Assembly: GCA_050949565.1 (NCBI GenBank)
Contig: JBMNFY010000010.1
Location: 32,001-96,000, forward strand
DNA from: Kiritimatiellia bacterium
Lineage (GTDB): Bacteria; Verrucomicrobiota; Kiritimatiellia; RFP12; UBA1067
Reading direction: 5' to 3'
Length of the DNA: 64,000 nt
A model generated the notes under the pieces. It was not told where the DNA came from, ran no database searches, and saw nothing but the letters and a program-made list of their open reading frames with translations. Shown here piece after piece: positions 39,724 through 51,064 of this stretch (position 1 is the first letter of the stretch; the number at the start of each line of letters is the position of its first letter). A program made the position numbers and the translations under genes.

Positions 39724-39911
39724 TTTTTAACGCAGAGGCGCAGAGACGCAGAGGTGTGGCACGGGCATCTTGCCCGTGTTTCATGGGCGGGACGCCCATG
39801 CCACGAGGGTTTTTGCAAGAGCCTCTGTCTTGCGGAGCGCCGGGAGGGACGAGCGCCTGCTCGTCCGGGCGGCGTTCCACGCCGCCACACGGGCAAGATG
39901 CCCGTGCCACA
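39724..39911. repeat. Composite REP-like cluster (families C and D)
   Basis: GTGGCACGGGCATCTTGCCCGTG, CATGGGCGGGACGCCCATGCCAC, GGAGGGACGAGCGCCTGCTCGTCC and an inverted D copy. Confidence 0.85.
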
Positions 39912-39986
39912 CAGCTCGGCGCCAGCCTTGCGCCCGGCTCGCTTCCGGCGGTTCGGGACGTCCCGCCGTACTGTGTTGCGCGCCGG

Positions 39987-41027
39987 TCATTCACCTGTCT
40001 CGCGGAACGCGAGCGCCATGGCACCGGTGGGACAGGCGGCGGCGCAGGCCGCGAGGATGTCCGGCGGTATTTCGTCCCAAGTGCGCCCGAGCGGCGGCGC
40101 GATACGCATGGTAAAACCGCGTCCCTGAAAGGTGGGCGCGATTGATGCTTGCCGTTGCTGTGCCGTGCGTACGCAGATGCCGCACAGCACACAGCGCGCG
40201 GCATCGAAGCGAAACGTGCCCGAGCGGTCGCGCGCCATTGTGCTGTGCTCTCCGGCAAAGGCGGATTGGCGTGCGCCGGTTTCCGTGCACAGATCGCGCA
40301 GACGGCACGCATCCGGCTTGCGGCAGCCGCATTGCAGGCAGCGCGCCGCTTCGTAGGCCGCGTCATCATGTGTGAGGTCGGTCGTGGCCGCGTCCGAAAT
40401 GCGTCGGGGACCGGATTCGGCGCACAGTGTCTGCATCGTCGCCTCGTCGGGACGCGGCATGCGCGAACGGAAACGCGCGGGGGTGGTGGCCGACGGGCGC
40501 GGCCGGTCCGTTGTGGCGGCCGGCGGCGCATCGCCGGCCAGCCAGCGGTGCAGGGCGCAGATTGCCACCGCGCCGCCCAACGGTCGACGGCGGCACGCCT
40601 TTTCGCAAGGCGCGGCGTCGCCGCACGTCACGGGATGCTGATGGGCCAGACGCGATGCTTCCTGCCAGCGCCCTTCGGTGATCGCTTCAAGCATCTGCGG
40701 CACGGGCAGGCCGGACGGACACGCCAACTGGCAGGGTGCCTCGCAATCGGCAGGATGGTTACTGAGCAAGAGTTCCAGTGCGTCGCGACGTGCCTGCAAT
40801 GCAGCCGGTGAAGCGGTGAGGATCGCCATTGTCTCACAGGGCGGCGTTGAGCAGGCCGGCAGAAGGCACCCGGAGGTTGTGTCCTCAACCGTGCACACGC
40901 CACAGCCGCCAACGGGATGCAACCCTTCGCGATGACAGAGAACCGGTATCTGGATGCCCGCGCGAGCGGCTACGTCGTACACGGTAGGCGCGTCAAGGAG
41001 GGGGACGGCTATACCGTCGATAGTCAT
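39987..41027 (-). CDS. Multi-cluster iron-sulfur protein (NuoG/FdhA-like 2Fe-2S, GltD-like Cys cluster, C-terminal 4Fe-4S)
   Basis: IPVLC...CGVCTVE...PAC, DCEAPCQLACP, EAARCLQCGC, CVLCGICVR...CPTGAM; ATGA overlap with rnk. Confidence 0.85.
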   Translation of the reverse strand: MTIDGIAVPLLDAPTVYDVAARAGIQIPVLCHREGLHPVGGCGVCTVEDTTSGCLLPACSTPPCETMAILTASPAALQARRDALELLLSNHPADCEAPCQLACPSGLPVPQMLEAITEGRWQEASRLAHQHPVTCGDAAPCEKACRRRPLGGAVAICALHRWLAGDAPPAATTDRPRPSATTPARFRSRMPRPDEATMQTLCAESGPRRISDAATTDLTHDDAAYEAARCLQCGCRKPDACRLRDLCTETGARQSAFAGEHSTMARDRSGTFRFDAARCVLCGICVRTAQQRQASIAPTFQGRGFTMRIAPPLGRTWDEIPPDILAACAAACPTGAMALAFRETGE

Positions 41028-41446
41028 CGCTGCGGGTGACGGTTTCCGTCGGCTTCGGGTTGAAAAAGGATCTTTTCGATCCGTAATCGCCGCTTGCCGG
41101 CCGGCACGCTCCACTCGATCGTGTCGCCTTCGGCATAGCCTAGCACGGCGGTGCCGACGGGCGAGATCACGGAGACCTTGCCGGTGTCAACATCGGCATA
41201 CTGCGGGAAGACCACCGTCATCTCAAAGGACTTACGGGCATCCAGATCCATCAGCCGCAGGCGCGTGTTCATGGTCACCACCTTTGCCGGAATCGCATCA
41301 GGCCCCACGATCGTGGCCTGCTTCACCTCCTCTGCCAGCACGGAAAGATCTTTACGGTCGCGGTCGTGCACGGCACCACCGCCCTCCAACAGCTCTTGGA
41401 GTTGCGTGAGATCGCGTTGCGTGATGTAAAGTTCGCGCTTTTTCAT
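41024..41446 (-). CDS. rnk: Nucleoside diphosphate kinase regulator (GreA/GreB C-domain family)
   Basis: VVTMNT, VSVISPVGTAVLG, ILFQPEA; GGAGG RBS. Confidence 0.92.
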   Translation of the reverse strand: MKKRELYITQRDLTQLQELLEGGGAVHDRDRKDLSVLAEEVKQATIVGPDAIPAKVVTMNTRLRLMDLDARKSFEMTVVFPQYADVDTGKVSVISPVGTAVLGYAEGDTIEWSVPAGKRRLRIEKILFQPEADGNRHPQR

Positions 41447-41752
41447 AAAACCCTCCTTACGCCAATCGTGTAAGACGGTGAGAGTATATCATGCCGGAGC
41501 AAACGTTTCAAGCCGCGCACAACACAAGATGTCTCCGTTTTTCGAAGTTTCATGCGGTTACGCATACAATCGATTTGATCGGGAACAAGGTAGGCCCCTT
41601 CAGATAGTCATTGCGATCCGTGAGTGCTGTCTTGATTTCAACATCTGCGCGTCTGCGCAGTTTGCATAAAACGGGGGTGTGATATTCGGCGGAAAATGGT
41701 AAAGTGGTGACATTGTGCTGGTGGACGCTTATTGCCAAAGGAGAAAAGAGAC

Positions 41753-44700
41753 GTGAAAAGACATGCTAAACGGATGGTGTGGTGTGGTTGTGCGTTCATC
41801 GCCGTATGCGCGTTTTCGGCGCGGGCGGTGACCGGCGTCTGGACGAATGTCTCGGGGGGCTACTGGGCCGACGACGCGAACTGGCAGGGCGGCGTGGTGC
41901 CGTCTTCGTCGGGCGCGGAACCCGGCGCGGGGGATGTCGCGGACTTCACCGCGTTGCCCGTCGGTGAGACGGTGACGTTGACCAACTACACCGCCATCGG
42001 CAGCCTCTGGTTCTCGGGCTCGGCCGATGATCTCTGGACGGTGACCGGCGGCGGCCTGGGTCTCGCCAACGCGTCGGACTTTCTGGTGGAACGTTACGGT
42101 GAAATTCGGGTGAACGGGGGCACGCTGAATTTGGAGTCGCCGATCACCTCGTCCGGTGGTTACGGCGTGGCCAAGACCGGGGATGGCACGCTTCGGCTTT
42201 CGTCGAGGCACACCTACGGTGGGGCTATGCGCTTGAAAGCGGGGTGTCTGATGTTGACCAATGGCGCGGATCTGGCAGGCGCGGTGTTTGTGGAGGCTCC
42301 TGACGCCACGCTGCGACTTGAGGGCGACGCGCAGATCGGCGGTATCGAATCGCGGTGTATACCGCAGACGACGGTGGATCTGGGCGGGCATACGTTGTCG
42401 GTCGGGGGCGAGGCGAGCGTGAGAGTGTTTGACGGGTGTTTCACTAACGGTACGTTGCGTTTCACGCGCGGCAACGCGCTGGTCGTGACGGACGCGCAGC
42501 GTGTGTCATCAGTCAGGCTGGAGAATGGCAGTCTAGTGTGCGGGAACAGGGTGGATATCACCGGCTGGTGGCGCTTCGACGATGCGGCGCAGGTCGGCAG
42601 GGACTCCGGCCCGCGCGCCAACCATCTGACCACGCACGGCACGCAGGCGCAGTGGCTCGCCGACGATCCGGAGCGCGGCAGTGTGCTCGCGCTGGACGGT
42701 GCGGGAGCATGGCTCGTCGGTCCGAACGGCGGACAGATCGACGGCCTGCCGGTCTCTAACATGTCCTTTACGGTGGCCCTCTGGGTGAAGCCGGACGCGA
42801 GCGCAGCATCCTCAGCCGGGATATATGAGTGGGGGGTGGCAGGTTCTGCCCGGTAGTACAACATGCTCCGGCTCAACACGCCCTCCTCGGACAAGCCGCT
42901 GATGCACACCAACTGGGGCAACAACCATGAGATCCGTTACGCGCCGGGTCTGATGGATGGCGCGTGGCACCATGTGGCTGTCGTCTATCGCGACGGCTTC
43001 TTCCTCTACTATATCGACGGGGAGCCGATAGACAGCCGCTATGACGCTGCGCCGTTGCAAGTCGTGAACGGTAACTTCAAGGTGGGCAAAGGGTATTCTA
43101 ACGACAGTTTCAAAGGGTTGATCGATGATGTGTTTGTTGCGCGGGGCGCACTGTCTCACGGGCAGATCAGTGCATTGCGGCTGAGCGGGACATCGCCCGT
43201 CGAGAAAACGCTCGCCAATCTGCTGCTGGAGACGGCGGACGTCGAGATCGCATACAACGGAACCCTGAGCTTGACGGGCGACCAGGCGCTGAACACGTTG
43301 AGCGGCGCCGGCGCGGTGGGCGGTGTCGCGCTGCAAGACGGTGCGACACTGACCGTGACCGGAAGCGGCAGGCTGGACGGCGTGGTGACCGGTGACGGCC
43401 GGCTGGTCAAACGCGGCACAGAGTCGACACTCACGCTGGGCGGGCGGGTGGATGCCACCGGCACCGTCGAGATCGCCGAAGGTACGCTGGCGCTGGCTAA
43501 TCGTTATCCCGACGGTCTTCAGGCTCACTACCGTTTCGATGACGAGTCGAACCTCGGCAAGGACAGTAGCGGCAATGGTTATGACCTGACTGCGAGTAGC
43601 GCACCGGCCTTTGCGCCGGGGCTCTTCGGCGGCGCGGCCTCATTCACGGCGGCAGACAAGACCTATTTTTACGCGCAGACCTTCCCGGCCACGTTGCCGA
43701 CGGGGAACTCCTCCTACACGGTCGCGGCTTGGTGCAACCTCAAGGCGGGCGGCAACATACGCGGTATGCCGGTATATTGGGGTCGCGGTAACAATACCGA
43801 CAACGGCTCCGTGCTCTTCCGGTTCAACTCGACCACCGAGATCATGACCGCGAACATGGGGAACAACTGGACGGTGAAGGCAGGGTACGATTTGGCAAGC
43901 GATACGCCGGATGGTGGCTGGCATCATATCGTCTGTACCTACGATGCTGCGACGCACGAGCAGCGCGTTTACTTCAATGGAACTCGGGCTGCTCAACGGA
44001 CGATATGGGCAGACCTGACTGTAGGCGATAATACGTTCTGGCTGGGTGGCGCGCCGTACGGCACGACCAATTATTATGACGGTCTGCTTGATGAGGTGAT
44101 GATCTTCAACCGTGCGCTGGACGATGCCGAAGTCGCTGATGTGGCGACCGGCCTTTTCGCTGCGCCACGGGGATCGCGCCTGGCTGATCGCGTGGTGGCG
44201 CGTTATGATTTTGAAGACGCCGCGCAACTTGGAAAGGATTCCGGCCCCTACGGGTATCACCTCGAGCCGCAAGGCAGTGTCGCTGCCGCGGCCGGCAAGG
44301 TCGGGCAGGCGCTCTCGTTCAATACCAAGAATCAAGGGTACTTGACGTGGACCAACAGCGTCTTCCCGGAGGCGTTGCCGACCGGCAACGCGCCGGTCAC
44401 GATCACGGCGTGGATAAACCCGGTCGACAATCCTAACCCAAACGGCAGCGTTGTGTTTTGGGGAACGACGATTGACAACCGCAAGGGATGCCACATGCTG
44501 CGTCTGGCAGGGAACGCGGAAGGGCGGACCGTTTTCCGGTATGTAGATGGCGTGGCTTGGATCAGCGACGAGTCGTTGGTCTCCTTTGAGCGTGGCGACC
44601 GTGATGAGGGGTGGCATCACTTGGCGGCGGTGGTCGGGCCGGGCGGGCTGCGCTCGCTTTACGTCGACGGGGCGCTTGCTGCAAGGGGCCGCGTGAGCGG

Positions 44701-45487
44701 ACAGACCGTGGATCCCGGTAGCTTCTCGATCGGCTACAAACCTAATACATCATGGGCCTGGTTCCAAGGGATGATCGACGATGTGACGATCTATGATTGC
44801 GCCCTGTCGCGCGCCGAGATTCTGGAGACATTGCGTGGACGGCGCGACATTCTGCCGCCGGAGCGTACGGTCGAGGTGGCGGCCGGGGCGGCCCTTGATG
44901 TCGGCACGGCCGCGCAGCAGGTGAGCGGGCTCGGCGGCGCGGGCGAGGTGCGCATCGCGACGGACGGTGAACTGACGGTTGTCGGCGGCAGTACGACGTT
45001 CAGCGGTGTACTGGTCGGCACGGGTACGTTCGCGGTGCGCGATGGCGCGGAACAGACGCTGGCGGGCGATGGCACGTTTAGCGGCGCAATCACCGTTTCA
45101 AACGCCGCACTGCTGGTGGAGAGTGCGGCCACTGCGGCGGGTTGTGCGACGGTGGTGCAGGCTGGCGGGCGCATCGGCGGACGCGGCACGCTGGGCGGAA
45201 ATCTCTCAATTGAAAACGGCGGCGGGATCATGGCCGGGACGGCACCGGGTACGCTGACCGTGAACGGTGCGGTCACACTCGGCGCGGCAGGCATGGTGAC
45301 GCTGCCACCGGATTTCGAGGGCGGGCGGTTGACGCTGCTGGATGCTACGTCCGTCATCGCGCCGGACGGCGTGGCGGGATGGCAGGTCGAGCCGGCACAG
45401 CCGTCGACAGCCGTCGTGTTCCGCGCCAGCGAAACAACTTTCAGCGTGAGCGTGTTCCAGCAGGGCACGGTCTTCACAATACAATAA
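41753..45487 (+). CDS. Secreted multi-LamG protein with autotransporter-like strand repeats, interrupted by an in-frame TAG at 42854
   Basis: ORFs 41732-42856 and 42863-45487 share a frame and split one LamG domain; KTGDGTL repeats; ends GTVFTIQ. Confidence 0.8.
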
Positions 45488-45508
45488 CAAGGACGTAAGG
45501 AAAACAGG

Positions 45509-46894
45509 ATGATCAAAAAAATCGGAATGATGGTACTGGCGGCGGGGACGCTGCTTGCGAATGAGACGGATGTGATGAGCGCGGCTTACCGTGCGCAGTG
45601 GAACGCGCCCGAGGTGAAGACGCGCATCGAGCGCGGTATCCGCGAAAACCGTATGGCCGAGGCCGCGGTGCGTCTGCCGTCGGTCAAGCCGGGCACGGAG
45701 GTGAAGGTCGAACAACTCGACCACGCCTTTCTGTTCGGTGCCCACATCTTTAACTTCGACCAGTTGGGTGCTGACGACCTGAACCGCAAGTATAAGGAGA
45801 TGTTCGGCACCCTCTTCAATTCGGCGACGATCGCGTTCTACTGGAAGGCGTTTGAGCCGGAACCGGGCAAGCCGCGCTACCTGGCATCGGAACAGGACAC
45901 GGCGGCATACTGGAACGCGCTCAAGGAACCTTGGAAGGAGTTCCACTGGCGGCGGCCGTCGCCGGAAAAAATCATCGAGTTCTGCGAGTCCAAGGGTCTC
46001 GCGATGCACGGGCATCCGTTGATCTGGGGCAACACCGGCTGGAACCATCCCTCGTGGGTTTCGAAAGATCCGGACAAGCGGGAGGAGATGGAGCGCCTGT
46101 TTGAAAAGCGCGTCCGTGAAATCTGCGGCTACTACAAGGGGCGCATCCCGAGTTGGGACATCGTCAACGAGAGCGTCGATCCTGTGCCCGGTAAGCCGCG
46201 TTACGGTGTGATGCCGGAAGACTACACCTTCAAGGTGTTCAAATGGGCCGAGGAAGGCTTTCCCGCATCGGTCCGCTTCAATATCAACGACTCGTGGCGC
46301 GGGGTCTATCCGCCCTTTATCCGCGACCTGATCGCGCGCGGTGCGAAGATCGACGTCGTGGGGCTTCAGATGCACCTGTTCGGTTCACAGCCGGTGCTGG
46401 ACCTCGCGGCGGGCAAAAAGATCAACCACAACAACACCTCCTGGGCACCGGCGGATGTGATCCGCTATCTGGAGGAGTTGGACACGCTCGGACGGCCGAT
46501 CCATCTGAGCGAAATCACAATCCCCGCGCCCGGCGAGGACGCGCGCGCCAACGCGATGCAGGCCGAACTGACGCGCGACATGTACCGGCTATGGTTCTCG
46601 TGGCCCAGCATCTACAGGATTACTTGGTGGAATACGGTGGATGATTGTGGCGCCAGAGGCGAGCCGCTGAAATCCGGGATCTTCACGCGGCAGATGGAGC
46701 CCAAACCGGTGTTCCATACTTTGAACGGACTGATCAACGGCGAGTGGAAGACGCGCCTGACCGCGAAGCCCGATGCGGAGGGCCGCGTGACGTTCCGCGG
46801 CTTCAAGGGGCGTTACCGTCTGTCGTACACCGACGACGCGGGAACTGCGAAGAGCGTGACATTCAACTTGCTGAAAGATGGCGATGGTTTATGA
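45509..46894 (+). CDS. GH10-family glycoside hydrolase (endo-xylanase-like)
   Basis: HGHPLIW, WDIVNE, GLQMH, IHLSE; signal peptide. Confidence 0.9.
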   Translation: MIKKIGMMVLAAGTLLANETDVMSAAYRAQWNAPEVKTRIERGIRENRMAEAAVRLPSVKPGTEVKVEQLDHAFLFGAHIFNFDQLGADDLNRKYKEMFGTLFNSATIAFYWKAFEPEPGKPRYLASEQDTAAYWNALKEPWKEFHWRRPSPEKIIEFCESKGLAMHGHPLIWGNTGWNHPSWVSKDPDKREEMERLFEKRVREICGYYKGRIPSWDIVNESVDPVPGKPRYGVMPEDYTFKVFKWAEEGFPASVRFNINDSWRGVYPPFIRDLIARGAKIDVVGLQMHLFGSQPVLDLAAGKKINHNNTSWAPADVIRYLEELDTLGRPIHLSEITIPAPGEDARANAMQAELTRDMYRLWFSWPSIYRITWWNTVDDCGARGEPLKSGIFTRQMEPKPVFHTLNGLINGEWKTRLTAKPDAEGRVTFRGFKGRYRLSYTDDAGTAKSVTFNLLKDGDGL

Positions 46895-46901
46895 GAGAAA
46901 C

Positions 46902-46997
46902 ACTTGCAAAACCCTTTGCCTACAGGCGTGGCACGGGCATCTTGCCCGTGTTTCATGGGCGGGACGCCCATGCCACGAAGGGTTTTGCAAGAACCTC
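46902..46997. repeat. REP-like family D pair with flanking inverted arms
   Basis: Core identical to 39756-39804; cttgcaaaaccct / agggttttgcaag arms. Confidence 0.85.
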
Positions 46998-47007
46998 GAA
47001 AGGAAGG

Positions 47008-49611
47008 ATGAGAGTGATGAAAAAAAGTAGCGTGATGAGTGGGGTAGTGGGGCTGGCGGCTTTGGCGGTCTGTGCGGCAGAAGCGCCGCCGCTGTTTCCG
47101 TTTCTGATTTCGTATGACGCGCCGGACAACGCGGTCAACATGTCGCATCTGCTTGACGCGCCGGCCGGCCGACACGGCTTCGTGCGGGTGCAGGACGGAC
47201 GTTTCGTCACGGACAAGGGGCCGATCCGCTTTCATGCGACCAACCTGACCGGACCGGCGAACTTTCCGACACACGCGCAGGCCGATGAATTAGCCGACCG
47301 GCTCGCGCGGTTCGGCATCAACTGCGTGCGGATGCACTACTTCGACGCCGAATACGGCAACTTCATGACCCCCGCAGAGACCGGCATCTTCGGCAAGGGC
47401 GGTGGACTGCCCGGCGCGTTCAGCGCGGATCCGACCAAGCCCTTCCAGTTGAATCCCGACGCCATCGATCGGCAGGATTACCTGATCGCGGCATTGAAGA
47501 AACGCGGCATCTACGTCAACATGAACCTGCACGTCGCGCGTTTTCCCAAAGGACTGAGCTTTGTCGATCCGCTGATGATCGCTTCCGAGAAGGCGTATGC
47601 CAAGGCGCTGTTGACTCGCGTCAATCCTTACACCAAGCTAGCGTATACCGATGATCCGTGTATTGCGATGATCGAGATCAATAACGAGAACGCGCTCTTC
47701 AACAACTACAACGGCGGTGTGATCGACCGCGCGTCGGCGCGCGTCACCGAGGCGTTGCGGGGCCAATGGAACGCTTGGCTCAAGAAGAAATACGGTTCGA
47801 CCGAGGCGATGACCGCCGCGTGGAAATGGGTGTCGATGCCGCTGAGTGATGAGCAGGTGACCGAGGGTGCCTTTGATGCGCCGGTGACGTTTGACGGCCG
47901 GCGTTGGATCCTTGCCAAAGGATCTGCGGCAGTAACGGCAGCAGTCGAGGGCGGTGCGCTGCAAGTGACCGTCACGCGTGGCGGTGAGGAGTACTTTCCC
48001 AAAATTTTCCGTCGGGTCACCGTACAAAAAGACAAGCCCTACACCGTCTCTTTCAAGGTCCGCCGTACCCAAGGTGAGGGGAATGCCACGCTGGGCTTTG
48101 CGGTCGCGGACACCGAGGGTGGTTGGCGCTCGCTGGGCGTGCTCGATAAACTCACGGTCGGTAAGGCGTGGAAGCGTCACAGCTTTGTCTTCATTGCGGC
48201 GGACTCCAGTGACAAAGCTGAGATTCAGCTCACCCGCTTCCCGGTGGGCGTCTACGAGATTGACGACCTTTCGTTGCAGAGCGGCGCGGTCACGTCATTC
48301 GATGAGAAGTCTCGCATCGAGACCGCCAGTGTGCCGCTCCTGAAGAGCCGGGAGTTCGCGCCCCCGCAGGCGCGCGCCGACTTCACGCGTTTCCTCTGGG
48401 AGACGGAACGCGCCTATTGGACCGGCATTGCCTCCTACGTGAAAGACGAGCTTAAGGCGAAGGCACCGATTTCTGGTACGCAACTCGGCTACAGTCCGCC
48501 GCAACTTCAGGCGGAACTGGATTATGTGGATAACCATGCGTACTGGTGCCATCCGAGCGTAAACACGAAATGGGAGATCCGCAACACGTCCATGGTAAAT
48601 TCACTCGGCTGCATCCTCGGTTTGGCAGCGCAGCGCGTGCAGGGCAAGCCCTACACCATCAGCGAGTACAACCATCCGTTCCCGAATCAATACGGTGCCG
48701 AGGGCCAGCCGATGCTGCGCGCGTACGGTGCGCTTCAGGGATGGGACGGTGTCTTTGAGTACACCTACAACCACAGCCCGGACTTCAATCCGAAGCGCAA
48801 CACCTATTTCTTCAGCATCATCGCCCGCACGGATGTGCTCGCGCATTTCCCGGCCTGCGCGGCGATGTATCTGCGCGGCGACGTACGCGAGGCGCAGGGG
48901 AGTGTGGTTGGTCGGATGGATGATGTGACGTACTTCGAGCGGTTGGTCAAGCAGCGCGCCATTTCCGCCGGTATTGGAGCAAGCGGTATCGACAGTCGTT
49001 ATGCACTGGTCCACAAGGTGGCGATGGCGTTCCCAGAAGCGCTGGCGACGGATGGCCCGCAGCCCGCCACGCCTACGTGGGGTTCGGTCATCGTGAGCGA
49101 CACCGGCGAGTTGACCTGGAACCGCGAGCGCCCCGGCAAAGCCTACTGGACCGTCGATACGCCCAACACCAAATTGTTCAGCGGGTTCCCGGAGGGACGC
49201 GAAGTCACGTTGAACGGTGTCAAGCTGGCGATCGGTCCGACACGCCTGGGCTGGGCGACGGTGTCGTTGACTTCGCGGCATGCGACTGGTTTCGGCGCGG
49301 ATGGCGCGTCGGCCACAATCCTGCTGACCGCCACCGGCGTGGCGGAGAACGAGGGCACGCAGTTTGAAGTGCTCTCTGAGACCACGGCGGCGCTGCGCGA
49401 CCGCATGCACTGGGGTGAGGGAACGGTGCTGGTCGAGGGCATACCTGCTGTCGTGACGCTGCCCTCCGCCGCAGTGAAAACACGCTGCTATGCGCTCGAC
49501 GAGCGCGGTGCGCGCAAAGGTGATGTCCCGGTCGAAAGCGTGGCGGGCGGTTGCCGCATCACCATCGGACCGCAGTACAAAACCGTGTGGTACGAACTGG
49601 ATATCCGTTGA
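47008..49611 (+). CDS. Secreted GH5/clan-A-like hydrolase with inserted CBM4/9-like domain
   Basis: LLDAPAGRHG, GINCVRMH, IEINNEN, ISEYNH; start reassigned past the REP. Confidence 0.8.
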   Translation: MRVMKKSSVMSGVVGLAALAVCAAEAPPLFPFLISYDAPDNAVNMSHLLDAPAGRHGFVRVQDGRFVTDKGPIRFHATNLTGPANFPTHAQADELADRLARFGINCVRMHYFDAEYGNFMTPAETGIFGKGGGLPGAFSADPTKPFQLNPDAIDRQDYLIAALKKRGIYVNMNLHVARFPKGLSFVDPLMIASEKAYAKALLTRVNPYTKLAYTDDPCIAMIEINNENALFNNYNGGVIDRASARVTEALRGQWNAWLKKKYGSTEAMTAAWKWVSMPLSDEQVTEGAFDAPVTFDGRRWILAKGSAAVTAAVEGGALQVTVTRGGEEYFPKIFRRVTVQKDKPYTVSFKVRRTQGEGNATLGFAVADTEGGWRSLGVLDKLTVGKAWKRHSFVFIAADSSDKAEIQLTRFPVGVYEIDDLSLQSGAVTSFDEKSRIETASVPLLKSREFAPPQARADFTRFLWETERAYWTGIASYVKDELKAKAPISGTQLGYSPPQLQAELDYVDNHAYWCHPSVNTKWEIRNTSMVNSLGCILGLAAQRVQGKPYTISEYNHPFPNQYGAEGQPMLRAYGALQGWDGVFEYTYNHSPDFNPKRNTYFFSIIARTDVLAHFPACAAMYLRGDVREAQGSVVGRMDDVTYFERLVKQRAISAGIGASGIDSRYALVHKVAMAFPEALATDGPQPATPTWGSVIVSDTGELTWNRERPGKAYWTVDTPNTKLFSGFPEGREVTLNGVKLAIGPTRLGWATVSLTSRHATGFGADGASATILLTATGVAENEGTQFEVLSETTAALRDRMHWGEGTVLVEGIPAVVTLPSAAVKTRCYALDERGARKGDVPVESVAGGCRITIGPQYKTVWYELDIR

Positions 49612-49683
49612 GTATGTTGCGGCGCATGTCGCGTGTCGAAAAATTTTTCCGCAGTGACGCGGAGCAAACATGGAGGGAAAACG

Positions 49684-51063
49684 ATGAAGAGAGAACTTGG
49701 ATGGTTGGCAGGGGTACTAGTCGTGACCGCTGCAACACTTGCGGTCGCGCAGACACCGCTTAACCAGCAGCAGGCGCGTCCGTCGCCGGCGTGGCTGACA
49801 GGCGGTGTGATCTATCAGATCCAGCCGCGCGCCTTCACGCCGGAAGGCACGCTCAAGGCCGCGCAGGCGCGTCTGCCGCGCTTGGCGGAGTTGGGGGTGA
49901 CGATTGCTTATCTGTGTCCGATCTTTGTTTCTGACGACGATATGGACCAAGCTTTTTGGAGCCCGCGTCAGAAGAAGTCGGGGATGAACAATCCGCGCAA
50001 TCCTTACCGCATGAAGGATTTTTACCATGTCGATCCCGAGTACGGCACGGACCAGGACCTCAAGGATTTCGTGGCGGCCGCGCATGCGCTCAAGCTGCGC
50101 GTGATGCTCGATATGGTCTACCTGCACTGCGGGCCCAAGGCGGTCTTCATCGAATCGAATCCCGACTTCGTGAAGCGGAGTGACGACGGTAAGATCAAAA
50201 ATGCGGGCTGGAGTTTTCCCGGCCTGAACTTCGCGAGCCCCGCGCTGCGCGAATACCTCTGGAAAAACATGGAGATGTGGGTGCGTGATTTCGACGTGGA
50301 TGGTTTCCGCTGTGATGTGGCGGATCAGATTCCGCTCGATTTCTGGGTGGAGGGGCGCGCGCGTCTCGAACGCATCAAGCCGGATGTCGGCATGTTGGCG
50401 GAGGGCATGCGCAAGGAGGATCAGCTCAAGGCGTTTGATCTGGATTATGGGTGGGGCCGCGCGTTTAGCCAGTTAGAGGACGGTGCGGCGATCCGCAAGC
50501 TGTGGACCACGAGGCGCGACGAGCGTCCGCGCGGCGGCGCGAAGTTCGCGCGCTTTATCGACAACCACGACATCGCCAACGATGACTACAACAATCGGTT
50601 GGAGAAACGCTGGGGCACGGCGCGCGTCGATGCCGCACTGGTCTGGTTGTTCACGATGGACGGCGTGCCCTTCCTCTACAACGGGCAGGAGGTGGCAGAC
50701 ACCGCCCGGCACAGCATCTTCGGGCGTGCGCCGATCGATTGGGCCAGCGGCGAGACCGAGACCGGCAAGGCGCGCTTCGCCTTCGTGCAGTCGCTTTGCG
50801 CACTACGCAAGTCAGAGCCCGCGCTCACGCAGGGCGACCTCGTCTGGCTGGATCACGACCAGCCGAAGGCCGTGAGCGCCTTTGTGCGCACGGTGGATGG
50901 CGCGCGTGTTGTATCGATCATCAACCTGACAGGCGAGCCGGTGAAGGTGAACGTGAAAGGGGCCGAGGGCGCTTGGAAGCCGTTGTTGTCGAAGGGTGCG
51001 GTCACTGATGGAGCTTGCAATTTTGAACTGGCCGGGCGCGGCTACTTTGTAGGGAAACAGTAG
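49684..51063 (+). CDS. GH13 alpha-amylase-family hydrolase
   Basis: VIYQI, DPEYGT, DGFRCDVAD, LAEG, NHD. Confidence 0.92.
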   Translation: MKRELGWLAGVLVVTAATLAVAQTPLNQQQARPSPAWLTGGVIYQIQPRAFTPEGTLKAAQARLPRLAELGVTIAYLCPIFVSDDDMDQAFWSPRQKKSGMNNPRNPYRMKDFYHVDPEYGTDQDLKDFVAAAHALKLRVMLDMVYLHCGPKAVFIESNPDFVKRSDDGKIKNAGWSFPGLNFASPALREYLWKNMEMWVRDFDVDGFRCDVADQIPLDFWVEGRARLERIKPDVGMLAEGMRKEDQLKAFDLDYGWGRAFSQLEDGAAIRKLWTTRRDERPRGGAKFARFIDNHDIANDDYNNRLEKRWGTARVDAALVWLFTMDGVPFLYNGQEVADTARHSIFGRAPIDWASGETETGKARFAFVQSLCALRKSEPALTQGDLVWLDHDQPKAVSAFVRTVDGARVVSIINLTGEPVKVNVKGAEGAWKPLLSKGAVTDGACNFELAGRGYFVGKQ

Positions 51064-51064
51064 C

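Noticed and set aside
42854-42856. Genome-wide TAG recoding
   Set aside because: TAG ends several genes at their expected family termini (oadB 6368, dCMP deaminase 21251, epimerase 39711, GH13 51063).
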